64,000 nt of DNA from a virus: IMG/VR virus record IMGVR_UViG_3300042343_000347; one strand, 5' to 3'. Below the pieces are notes generated by a model. That model searched no databases. It saw nothing but the letters and a program-made list of their open reading frames with translations, and was not told the DNA's origin. Positions 39,986 through 49,104 of this stretch are shown here, piece by piece (position 1 is the stretch's first letter; each line of letters opens with the position of its first letter). A program made the position numbers and the translations under genes.

Positions 39986-42781
39986 TCAAGAGTAACTTGC
40001 CCCGACTGTATACCACTGACTTGAACTTATCGCATAGTATTGTAAACTTGCATTCGAAACATGTGTGTATGCCGCATTGGTTGCTAGGCCGTTTATTGCG
40101 GCACCTGCCGCAGGATATACGTTCATGCTGTTCACACTTGTATTGTTTACAATCAATACCATACCTGCTGTGGCTGTCGGCAATCTAACTCCTTGTCCTG
40201 CACTTACTGATGTTACTACGTTGATGTCTTTTGCCAATGCTGTAGCATCACCTTGCACACTACCTGCCGCACTAACACTAGCGGCAACACTTCTTATATA
40301 ATGTGTCTGCGCTACTATGTTACCTGCTACTGTTAGAGTATCAGTAGTTTTATTATATGTAAATCCTGTGTCACCGGCTTGAGTACCGGCATCATTGAAT
40401 TGAACTTCAGTGTTCGATCCTGCTACTGAGCCAGATGGGCCTGTCGCGCCCTGCACGCCAGTAGCCCCTGTAGGACCTGCTATACCTGTAGCACCTACGC
40501 CCGTCGCTCCAGTAGGTCCTGTCAATCCAGTAGCGCCTGTTGGACCACCAGAAGGACCTGTTGCACCTGTTATACCAGTAGCACCTATACTACCACCTGA
40601 AGATATAGCAGCATATCCAGCCACTGCAGTGGTGAATGTTAAGGTTAAATTGTTATTGTCAACAAATGTGATAGTTGGATAATCATAACGACCAACATAA
40701 CTCACGTTAGCACTATCTACTGGTTCTACGTTAACATATTTGTCGTCGAGGTTATGATTGACAGTCCATGTGGTTGATGCAGACGCTTGAGTATGTAAGT
40801 ATGTAGAACCAGCCGGGCCTGTTGCACCAGTAGGACCTGTTATACCTGTAGCACCTACACCTGTTGCACCAGTTGGTCCTACTACGCCAGTAGCACCTTG
40901 AACACCGGTTGCTCCTAGTCCCGTAGCACCTTGAACACCAGTTGCTCCAGTGGCACCTGAGCCAGTTGCACCTTGAATACCAGTTGCGCCAGTTGCGCCT
41001 ACTCCATCTATACCGGGTGTGCTTGTGTCATACCACAATACAGTAGTATCAGGTGGTGCCGTAGGGCCTTCAACTATGCCGGCTACACCAGTAGCACCAG
41101 TCGCTCCTGTAGAACCTTGAGGACCTACCGCGCCAAATAAGTTAACATCCCATGATGTATATGTACCACCGCCTGATATAGATTCAACGTCTACAGACAT
41201 CAAGCCTGTTATTGAATTATATGATTGGACATCACCTATCATATAATCTGATATACTAGTTGCTATTACAACTTTTTGAGCCAAAGAATAGGCTAAATTT
41301 GTACCGACGGTAAATGTTTTCAGCCCAAGACCAATTAAAATTGAAGTACTGCTAGTTGTAGAATATATGTCACCAGGAATACCAGTAGCGCCAGTAGGTC
41401 CTGTAGGACCAGTACTGCCATTTATGCCCGGTGTTCCCGTAGCACCAGTGGATCCTGTCAATCCTGTAGCACCAATCGGACCTGTCGCACCTACTAGTGG
41501 TTGTACCCAACTTAAGTTACCTGCACCGTCTGTGATGATTGTATAGTTAGGACTGCCGCCTAGGATAGTTATATCACCTAGATCGCCTAAGTCAGCAGAT
41601 TGTGTTACTACTAGATCGTCACCGCGTAACGTTACGGCTTCTACTTCGCCACTTGAATATAAGTCATTAGTATTGACGCTACCTGCAACAATCAACGATG
41701 TGTTAGTAACAGTAACAACATTTGGAGTTCCGCTAACTGATATAGTCACATTAGCATTTGGTCTTACTACTACATTTGAACTACCGTTATTGATAGAACT
41801 GATGTTGCCTTGTATGTTTGATAGACCACCACCATCACCGCTGAAGTACGTGGCAATCACATTACCCACAACATTTAGATTATTTGTTGTAGGATTGAAT
41901 TTTAAATTAGATGATGCCGAGAACTGATTATTAACATTAAATTGAATATCAAAATTAGCACCGGCTGGTTCTTGCAAGTCCCAAGGTTGACCATTAGAAT
42001 AATATAACTTGTCAGTCAACACTCCATAAGCAGGATTAGTATTTGATATTCTTAGATTGCCATCTAAGGTAACGTTACCTGCTACGACATTGCTTACTTC
42101 TATATTACCATCAATAGATATGTTACCGCTGACATTTAAATCATTAGCAACATTTACATAATTTGCTCTGGCTAGATTTCCTAAATTCGCATTACCTGAT
42201 GTTAAGTTACCTGTTACGATTACAGTTGTAATGTTGGCAGTTGTAATGTTAGCAGTACCGGTAGCAATCAAGTTAGATGTATTAACATTTATGTTTGCTG
42301 TGATATTGCTAGCAATCACATTACCGATAATGTTTGCTCTATTGGCAGCAATTACATTGCCTACGCTTATGTTATTAGCAGTTACATTACCGTTAGTTAT
42401 GTATACGTTAGGGGCAGCATTCGGTGTACCTATGTATAACGAATTGCCTATGAATGTGTCCGGACGTAAATCTATATATAGGGTTTGTGACGCATTATTA
42501 ACCGAAGTAGCATAACCCAATGTATCGGGTGCCAGCCCTATTTCTAGACTAGTAGTAGTGACGTTTAATCGACTAAAATCTGCGGATAGTAATATGTTTC
42601 CGGTAGGCGAATTGACGGAAATGCCGGGTTGCTTGGTTCTATTGATAGATAGAACGCCTTGCGAATTTTGTAATTGGAATAGTTCAGAGAAGTTTTCTTG
42701 TGTCTTTTGAAACGCGGCGCGGATCGCATCTGCGTCTGGATCATCAGGAAAACTACCGAAGTCAATGTTTCTTTGTGCCAT
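39986..42781 (-). CDS. collagen-like fibre/baseplate protein
   Basis: N-terminal DPDADAIRAAFQKTQENFSEL anchor; AN/GN repeats; GXT runs; shared C-terminal module. Confidence 0.8.
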   Translation of the reverse strand: MAQRNIDFGSFPDDPDADAIRAAFQKTQENFSELFQLQNSQGVLSINRTKQPGISVNSPTGNILLSADFSRLNVTTTSLEIGLAPDTLGYATSVNNASQTLYIDLRPDTFIGNSLYIGTPNAAPNVYITNGNVTANNISVGNVIAANRANIIGNVIASNITANINVNTSNLIATGTANITTANITTVIVTGNLTSGNANLGNLARANYVNVANDLNVSGNISIDGNIEVSNVVAGNVTLDGNLRISNTNPAYGVLTDKLYYSNGQPWDLQEPAGANFDIQFNVNNQFSASSNLKFNPTTNNLNVVGNVIATYFSGDGGGLSNIQGNISSINNGSSNVVVRPNANVTISVSGTPNVVTVTNTSLIVAGSVNTNDLYSSGEVEAVTLRGDDLVVTQSADLGDLGDITILGGSPNYTIITDGAGNLSWVQPLVGATGPIGATGLTGSTGATGTPGINGSTGPTGPTGATGIPGDIYSTTSSTSILIGLGLKTFTVGTNLAYSLAQKVVIATSISDYMIGDVQSYNSITGLMSVDVESISGGGTYTSWDVNLFGAVGPQGSTGATGATGVAGIVEGPTAPPDTTVLWYDTSTPGIDGVGATGATGIQGATGSGATGATGVQGATGLGATGVQGATGVVGPTGATGVGATGITGPTGATGPAGSTYLHTQASASTTWTVNHNLDDKYVNVEPVDSANVSYVGRYDYPTITFVDNNNLTLTFTTAVAGYAAISSGGSIGATGITGATGPSGGPTGATGLTGPTGATGVGATGIAGPTGATGVQGATGPSGSVAGSNTEVQFNDAGTQAGDTGFTYNKTTDTLTVAGNIVAQTHYIRSVAASVSAAGSVQGDATALAKDINVVTSVSAGQGVRLPTATAGMVLIVNNTSVNSMNVYPAAGAAINGLATNAAYTHVSNASLQYYAISSSQWYTVGASYS

Positions 42782-42835
42782 TTATCAGTTCACCATTAAT
42801 ATAGTATTTATCAGTTTGGGATAAACACGATTGCC

Positions 42836-42865
42836 AAAAAAATACCCGACATAAGTCGGGTATTT
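42836..42865 (-). terminator. intrinsic terminator
   Basis: AATACCCGAC-ATAA-GTCGGGTATT with a U-tract on the minus strand. Confidence 0.85.
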
Positions 42866-42887
42866 CTTCACTTTAATGACTTGCAGA

Positions 42888-45224
42888 TCAGTTTCCTAAT
42901 CCTGCTAGTCTTCTGAACTCTGACATATCTTCATCGCCTGTGCGCTCTTTATCACCTGCAAGTACAGGGATAGTTTGCTGACCAGTTGACTTAGGCTTGT
43001 TCAATCCACCTGAAATCACTTTAGTCATGAACTCAATATCGCGCTCAAATGTCTGCTGTGTACCATCTTTACCTGCATCATTTGCCCACTCATCTAATTT
43101 CTTCTCTTTCTTGTCTTTCTTGTCATCGTATTCGATGTCTTTCTTTACTTCTTTACCGGCTTTTTCTGCTTTGTCGTCATCTTTACCTTTATGACCTTCA
43201 TCATGTTCGATATCTTTAGCGACTTTCTTACCAGCCTTTTCTGCCTTGTCATCCTTCTCACTAGTTGACTCTTCAGCGAGCCATGCTAGTTTCTTGTATA
43301 GATTCAAGAAACTTGTTCTTGATTCGCTCATTGCTTCTTCTTCCTCTTCGGCTGCATCTGCTGATGCTACTGCATCAGCCGCTAATGGATTGCTTTCCAT
43401 ACCGTCTTCGTTAGTCGCCCCGCCTTTTGCGGTTCCACCTGCTGCCATCGCTGAATCAATTTGTGCTGCGGCTTCTTGACCTTGCTCGTAACCTTCACCA
43501 TCATCTTCTGCAACTTGATATTCCATCTGATCTTCTGATTCTACTTCATCGACCATCTCTTTACCTTCGCCGCACTTATGACCTGCTTCCATCATGCCAC
43601 CGCACTCGTTGCAAGTTTCTTCTTTAGCGTGATCATGACCTTCTTCATCTTTATAGTCATCGCCACCTGACATGACCTTCAATAGACCCATCATGCCGCC
43701 TTTGTCATCATAACCACTGAACTTAGGTGCACCGTAATCACTTACAGCCATTGCTGGTTCTGCTGGACCGTCTACTTGTTGCTCACCACCTAATCCACCT
43801 AGACCAACTTGTTTGATGAATGCTAACAACTTGCCTGCATCATCACCTGTTGCTGAAACACTAACTGAATCATCTCCCATGCCGTCGTTTAAACCTTGTG
43901 ACATGTTTACGCTTAGGCCTTCGTTAAGCAAATCATTCAATTGCTTATCTAGGGATTCAAATGCAAATTCATCGATCTTTGCGCTATAGTTTGAACGATC
44001 AGTAAATGTCTTGCCACCTACTGAAAACTTATCACCTTTGTCTGCTTTAGCAAGAGCGGCTGTGAATGCATTACCTTCTCCTACGCCCGCCATACCTGCG
44101 CCTGGATCTGCTGCCATCCCCATCTCTCCCATGCTGCCTTCTTCGGCGCCGTAACCTGCCATATTGTCTACGACATCCTGACCAGATTCAACTTCGCTAA
44201 CTACTAGGCCGCGATTTGGCATTAAGCCATAGCACTCATCGATGCCTTCTTTATAACCTTCGTGATAACGACGGTGTTCATCACTACCTTCATTATATTT
44301 ACTAGCATAACTATGCTTACTTAAACCATGTGATTTGCCTTCGTGATAGGCTGCTTCTAATGTATTCATTGCTTCGTCTACCTTCTTTTTCTTTTTGTCG
44401 GCTGATGCCTTCTTCATTGACTCTTTCTTGTTACCATCTTTATCAAGATCAATAAAATCTGGCTTTGCCTCTAATACGTTATCTTTGCGACCTGCACCTA
44501 AACCTGCACCATAGTCAGGACCTGACTTTGGAATCTCTGCTTCGCTAGTCTTCTTTTTCTTTTCAGGAAGACCCTTGTGTTTAGTTTGTGCAAAGTCTTT
44601 AACATCACCCTTTTTCATTGACTTGGCAACATCTGCTACTGCTTTGCTCATAGGCTTCTCGCCTTTTTGCGCGGCACGTACCATGCCCATGAATTTTTGC
44701 TGTGCTTTGCTTACTGCTTTTTCGTCAAGTTCTTCTTCACCTAATTTCTTATTCATATTGATACGATTAGTTAGGTGTGTCTCTATGTCTTTGCGTTGTG
44801 TAGCCTGTGACATTTGACCAGGCTGTTGCGCATCACGCTTTGCGGCTGCTGATTTGATAGTGTTCGGGCTTAGTTCATTAAGTTCGTCACCGGCTAAACT
44901 CATCTCGCCCTTGCCTATCGCTGATTTGATTGTTGCGGCAAGTGCAGGATTGCTAACAGTACCTAATGTCTTAGTACCTTGCTTGATTACCTGTGTAGAT
45001 TGCTTTGCAGGCTCAATAGTTAATTGCTCCGCTTCATTGATCATGTTCTTATCAATGATATCGAACCAATCTTTCAATGATTTCTTTTTGTCTTTAGCGG
45101 CTAGTGCGGCTTTTTTGGCACGATCACTGGCTGCTTCTTTGTCATGCGGTTTATCAGAAGGTTTAACGTCTTTATCATACGCATCTTCTTCATTAACCAT
45201 CTCTAAAAATTTTCTAAAATCCAT
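42888..45224 (-). CDS. large acidic modular head protein (prohead core/internal-protein-like) with DUF3008-like module
   Basis: Many (L/I/V/M)xE sites; AVSKAQQKFMG..KDFAQTKHKGLPEKK; KPDFIDLDKDGN; C-terminal FRRLAGL. Confidence 0.6.
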   Translation of the reverse strand: MDFRKFLEMVNEEDAYDKDVKPSDKPHDKEAASDRAKKAALAAKDKKKSLKDWFDIIDKNMINEAEQLTIEPAKQSTQVIKQGTKTLGTVSNPALAATIKSAIGKGEMSLAGDELNELSPNTIKSAAAKRDAQQPGQMSQATQRKDIETHLTNRINMNKKLGEEELDEKAVSKAQQKFMGMVRAAQKGEKPMSKAVADVAKSMKKGDVKDFAQTKHKGLPEKKKKTSEAEIPKSGPDYGAGLGAGRKDNVLEAKPDFIDLDKDGNKKESMKKASADKKKKKVDEAMNTLEAAYHEGKSHGLSKHSYASKYNEGSDEHRRYHEGYKEGIDECYGLMPNRGLVVSEVESGQDVVDNMAGYGAEEGSMGEMGMAADPGAGMAGVGEGNAFTAALAKADKGDKFSVGGKTFTDRSNYSAKIDEFAFESLDKQLNDLLNEGLSVNMSQGLNDGMGDDSVSVSATGDDAGKLLAFIKQVGLGGLGGEQQVDGPAEPAMAVSDYGAPKFSGYDDKGGMMGLLKVMSGGDDYKDEEGHDHAKEETCNECGGMMEAGHKCGEGKEMVDEVESEDQMEYQVAEDDGEGYEQGQEAAAQIDSAMAAGGTAKGGATNEDGMESNPLAADAVASADAAEEEEEAMSESRTSFLNLYKKLAWLAEESTSEKDDKAEKAGKKVAKDIEHDEGHKGKDDDKAEKAGKEVKKDIEYDDKKDKKEKKLDEWANDAGKDGTQQTFERDIEFMTKVISGGLNKPKSTGQQTIPVLAGDKERTGDEDMSEFRRLAGLGN

Positions 45225-45236
45225 GATTGGTTCCTC

Positions 45237-45848
45237 TTAAGCCATCGCGCCTGTCTTAGGCTTTTCTGGACGTTTGATGTTTGTCATAGGACTCTTATCA
45301 CCCATTGATTTATCATCTAAATAAGGCTTGAAAGGGTCGAATGAATCTGGTGTTTCTTTGGCAGCATACGGCATCATGATCTTACTATCTTTTGATTGCT
45401 CTTTGATACTGCTTAGATATGAATCAGAATAATCTTTATTTGCTTGTTCTGCACCACTGATCTTATCAAAGTCTTTGTTGTTTGGTTCCATTTGGTTAGC
45501 ATATTCTTCTTGCTCACGATTGATGCTATCGTCATACTTACTATCAACCAAACGAACATAATTCAAATTGTAACCTAACAATTGTGCTAATTGCTGAACC
45601 ATTGGTTCTGTGCATGGATAACGGAACTTGCACTTTAACAATGTTACTGGTTCGTTTTTAATTCCGGGGAAACCATAGACATCTTTCGCTATAGGAAGTG
45701 TCTTGGGTGTGATAGGACCTGCTGGTTCAAACTTCTTAAGATTGTAGATGAATAGGTCCAAGAAGTTCTTGTCAACTTCACCTGCGATCTTGATTGTAAC
45801 ATCGTACAAATGTACGCTTTCAGCAATGTATTGTTTTAGGCTTTTCAT
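45237..45848 (-). CDS. hypothetical head-associated protein
   Basis: N-terminal MKSLKQYIAES resembles the T4 capsid-targeting sequence. Confidence 0.6.
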   Translation of the reverse strand: MKSLKQYIAESVHLYDVTIKIAGEVDKNFLDLFIYNLKKFEPAGPITPKTLPIAKDVYGFPGIKNEPVTLLKCKFRYPCTEPMVQQLAQLLGYNLNYVRLVDSKYDDSINREQEEYANQMEPNNKDFDKISGAEQANKDYSDSYLSSIKEQSKDSKIMMPYAAKETPDSFDPFKPYLDDKSMGDKSPMTNIKRPEKPKTGAMA

Positions 45849-45876
45849 ATCTTATAATTCCCGTATCTAATATTTA

Positions 45877-46359
45877 TCATTTATCCGTCTTTTTGTCTAG
45901 GAGTGCCTTAAGTATCTCGTTTCTATCTAACGATTTACCCTCCCCTAAAGGAGTATTGTCAATCTCCTTGTCCTTGCTTGACTGCTTCTGATCCAGTGCT
46001 GCCTTCTTCAATTGTAACTCAATCATCTTGAGTTTCTTGCTTACTTTAGCAGTCTTAGCAGTAATCGCATGTCCTAGCATGGTTCCGGCTACCCCGAAAA
46101 TCTCACTGCTAAAGCGGCTATCAACCTGCATACCTAGATCCATCAAGTCTTTATAACTACTCTGTGCTAGGTCCGCTAATTGATCCATCTCTACGTCAGC
46201 CGTCTCAAGTCCGCGCACTTGAGGTAGAGCATTTTCTATCTTCTCAAGGTTGTTTAATGCTGATACTGTAATCTCTTGTGTCTCAGGTGGAAGTTGAAAT
46301 TCTTCAGATTTTTCTTCGTCTTGGGACAAGTTGAACAGTTCTTCAAGTTTTCTAGTCAT
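45877..46359 (-). CDS. helical protein, possible small terminase subunit
   Basis: Start refined to MTRKLEELF (late promoter 4 nt upstream); gp16-like helical layout; function speculative. Confidence 0.35.
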   Translation of the reverse strand: MTRKLEELFNLSQDEEKSEEFQLPPETQEITVSALNNLEKIENALPQVRGLETADVEMDQLADLAQSSYKDLMDLGMQVDSRFSSEIFGVAGTMLGHAITAKTAKVSKKLKMIELQLKKAALDQKQSSKDKEIDNTPLGEGKSLDRNEILKALLDKKTDK

Positions 46360-46366
46360 GCAGTAT

Positions 46367-46804
46367 TTATTTGCGTTTACCCTTATAGAACAAATCATCT
46401 TCGGTGATTACTCTAAAGGTACAACCTATCCTTTTGCAATAGGCCATCGCCGCTGCCCATTTTGCATGATTAAGTGCTACCACTGCTCTGTCTTTTGCGC
46501 TAGCCACTCTGCTCTCAATTAGGCTTTGTTTCTTAGGTTTGATCTCTACTACTTCTGCTTTCTGCTGTCCCAATTTGTCTTGGTATAATACAAAGAAGTC
46601 AGGTATGTATATAGTTTGTTTTCCCGTTAACGGATTTCTATATGGGATTTGAATAGACTCGCTAGCCCATTGAATGACGCTATCGTGATTATCACAAAAC
46701 ATCATAAATGTTAGTTCCCAACCCGAACGATATTTAGGCGCGCCTTTGCCTATATACTTTTGTTTATTTCTTACGTGATAACGGCCTTGAGCAAAATTTG
46801 CCAT
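46367..46804 (-). CDS. head completion nuclease (T4 gp4-like, TnsA-type)
   Basis: YRSGWE..FCD..WASE..IPY..YIPDF..EIKP..KWAAA..FRVITE. Confidence 0.9.
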   Translation of the reverse strand: MANFAQGRYHVRNKQKYIGKGAPKYRSGWELTFMMFCDNHDSVIQWASESIQIPYRNPLTGKQTIYIPDFFVLYQDKLGQQKAEVVEIKPKKQSLIESRVASAKDRAVVALNHAKWAAAMAYCKRIGCTFRVITEDDLFYKGKRK

Positions 46805-46805
46805 A

Positions 46806-47174
46806 TCATAAAACTACATTGCGCGCCACTGGTTGTACAGGCTTAGGTATTACCGCTACACCATATAGGCTTGTTTTAGATTTAAAACTATTGAGATAGT
46901 ATGCGAGAGTTTGATTTAACTGAAGTTTGTTTTTCGATGTGCCTTTGATATTTTCTAATAATTCGATTGCATCTAAGCCTGATTGTTGTGATACTTTAAA
47001 AAGAAATGCTGTAAAATTTTGTGCTATTGCGTCTGTCTCGCATACATCTCTGAAAAAACTTAATACGATATCATATTGATTTGTAGGTATAGATATGCTT
47101 TGATTGTAAAAACTATCAAAGATTTTTATAGTTCTATCAATACCTGATACTTGTACATTAACTAGCGATCTCAT
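46806..47174 (-). CDS. hypothetical protein
   Basis: ORF in the tail operon. Confidence 0.6.
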   Translation of the reverse strand: MRSLVNVQVSGIDRTIKIFDSFYNQSISIPTNQYDIVLSFFRDVCETDAIAQNFTAFLFKVSQQSGLDAIELLENIKGTSKNKLQLNQTLAYYLNSFKSKTSLYGVAVIPKPVQPVARNVVL

Positions 47175-47175
47175 A

Positions 47176-48375
47176 TTACTTCCTTACCTGTTGTCCTGCT
47201 ACAGGTACTACTGTTACTGGGTTAGGTGTAGGTGAGTTGCTGATTGTAGGCGCCCCTGCTACTCCTATCGTATATGGTGTGACTGACTTATTTGGTATGT
47301 CAAACAATATATTTCTGTTTGTACTTATCGGACTACCGAACCCACCTAAAGATTGTCTTAACATGCCTTCTAATTCTTGTTTAGCAGTAACCTTAAGATT
47401 TTTATTTTTGAAAGTATTATATGCAGTGCCTGCTTTTTGAACTGCTCCAAAGAGATTGCCGGATGCTAGGTCTTGTACAAATCCACCGGCAGCATCTACA
47501 AGTCCACCTTGTCCCAATATAGTGCCATTGGCCCCTGCTTTTTGTATAGGGCTTTCTCTTCTATCATATGTTGCTTGATCACCGAATCCAGTAACGATAT
47601 CGCCGGGCGATCTACCGTCTATAGCGCCTTCATTATATACGACAGTCTCATAATCAACTGTCATAGAATTTTGCATCACGCCGCCGCCTTCGTTGTAACT
47701 ATAAGTGTCGTGGTTAAAATTAGTGATGATTGGATTAATTAAAGTATGTGCTGTGAAACTATGTTGATTGAAACCAAATACTGTTATATTTTTAAAGAAT
47801 GGTACTTTGTGTCCTAATCGAGGAGTTGATGTTTCGCCTATATACCCCCAGTCATCATTTCCCATAATGCTATAATCATATATGTTTGATACATCATAAT
47901 CAGCATTGGTTGATTGTGTGGAATTACTCTGACCATTGTTGGGAGGTACAGCACCTCTCTTGCCTAAGAATACAGTTGGTTTAGTTGCGTCTGAGTAATA
48001 GTAAGTGTAGTAAGCATACCACATTCTATTGATGAGGTTATCATTATCATCATGGAATGTTATGTTTATAGGTTCATATCTAATCTTAGTTTGTATTATG
48101 CGTTTTCTATTATATTGATTCAACTGCACAGTGTTGAAACTGTATGCAGGGAGTTTTACTTCTTTGACTAATAAGCCTATATTTTTATCTACTGAATCTG
48201 GCCACGCTTCTGGATTGATATTAAAGTAGGTATGAAATATGAATTTGAGTTTAGGAGCATTTTGATAACTATTAGTCCTAAACGTCTTGCTGGCGTGGGT
48301 GTAATCTCTAAGGTAATCGCTGCCGAAGAATGCTCCGGCAGCGTCCTTAAGTAGGTTTTGAACGAATCCCGCCAT
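47176..48375 (-). CDS. tail-tube-like baseplate protein (gp54/gp48-like)
   Basis: VKLPAY..NQYNRKR..YEPINITFHDD tube fold; adjacent to the tube gene. Confidence 0.7.
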   Translation of the reverse strand: MAGFVQNLLKDAAGAFFGSDYLRDYTHASKTFRTNSYQNAPKLKFIFHTYFNINPEAWPDSVDKNIGLLVKEVKLPAYSFNTVQLNQYNRKRIIQTKIRYEPINITFHDDNDNLINRMWYAYYTYYYSDATKPTVFLGKRGAVPPNNGQSNSTQSTNADYDVSNIYDYSIMGNDDWGYIGETSTPRLGHKVPFFKNITVFGFNQHSFTAHTLINPIITNFNHDTYSYNEGGGVMQNSMTVDYETVVYNEGAIDGRSPGDIVTGFGDQATYDRRESPIQKAGANGTILGQGGLVDAAGGFVQDLASGNLFGAVQKAGTAYNTFKNKNLKVTAKQELEGMLRQSLGGFGSPISTNRNILFDIPNKSVTPYTIGVAGAPTISNSPTPNPVTVVPVAGQQVRK

Positions 48376-48394
48376 AGTCAGGAACTCCTAACTA

Positions 48395-49033
48395 TTAGGT
48401 TGTTCCGCCGATACCAGTTACGCTGTCGCCTGATAAGATTCTACCTATGCTTGCGCCAACGCCACTTGATAACGGTGATTGTATTGCGTTATCATAACGT
48501 ATGTTTAATGCGATCTGCATAGGGTCATTAGTAGCATAGTTCATGCCGCCATAGTTAGCACCCTTTAAGAAGCAACCATAGCACTCCCATGCTTCTAACA
48601 CTACTGGAGCACTAGTGCCGTTACCGCCATCTAGCACTTCCATATTAACTTGGAACTTGTAGTCTTGACCTGTAGCCGCTGAAGCCTGTTCTACGAAATC
48701 TAACTGCTTCTGCAATTGCTGACCTACCGCTCTTGAAACTGTGCCTGAAGCATCGTCACGAACGTTAATTGTTAGTTCTGACCATGTATGCTTACCAGCA
48801 AGATAGATTCTTGAGTTGTAGACGTTTAGTGTTACTTCGTCAAATGTTAAATTAGGACGTGTGCAGTCTACTACTTGTTTAGTTAATGATAATCCGCCTG
48901 CAGCATCAACTCCGAAATTCAAGAAGTTGACTCTAAAGCGATATTGTAGTTTTGGCATTAACAGGCCCTGATTGCCACCGGCATTATCAGATGCTACTGT
49001 CATGTTGAACAATGATTGTGAGGCTGTTGCCAT
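48395..49033 (-). CDS. tail tube protein (gp19-like)
   Basis: PKLQYRFRV, RPNLTF, YLAGKHTW, GCFL..YG, IRYDNA; directly follows the sheath gene. Confidence 0.88.
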   Translation of the reverse strand: MATASQSLFNMTVASDNAGGNQGLLMPKLQYRFRVNFLNFGVDAAGGLSLTKQVVDCTRPNLTFDEVTLNVYNSRIYLAGKHTWSELTINVRDDASGTVSRAVGQQLQKQLDFVEQASAATGQDYKFQVNMEVLDGGNGTSAPVVLEAWECYGCFLKGANYGGMNYATNDPMQIALNIRYDNAIQSPLSSGVGASIGRILSGDSVTGIGGTT

Positions 49034-49070
49034 TTGTAAATTCTCCTACTTTAAAGTATTTATCAATTTA

Positions 49071-49093
49071 AGAGCCCCTCGCGAGGCTCTCTT
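49071..49093 (-). terminator. hairpin (weak terminator or processing site) between sheath and tube genes
   Basis: AGAGCCTC-GCGA-GGGGCTCT stem with GNRA loop on the minus strand; short U tail. Confidence 0.5.
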
Positions 49094-49104
49094 TATATTT
49101 TCTA

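Noticed and set aside
42778-42818. Direct repeat AACTGATAAAT (twice) upstream of the 39986..42781 gene
   Set aside because: It is short, AT-rich and overlaps the late promoter and start codon, so chance or promoter duplication explains it.
46367-46804. TnsA-like nuclease as evidence of a Tn7 transposon
   Set aside because: Motifs and tail-cluster context match T4 gp4 head-completion protein. No TnsB/C genes or terminal repeats are present.
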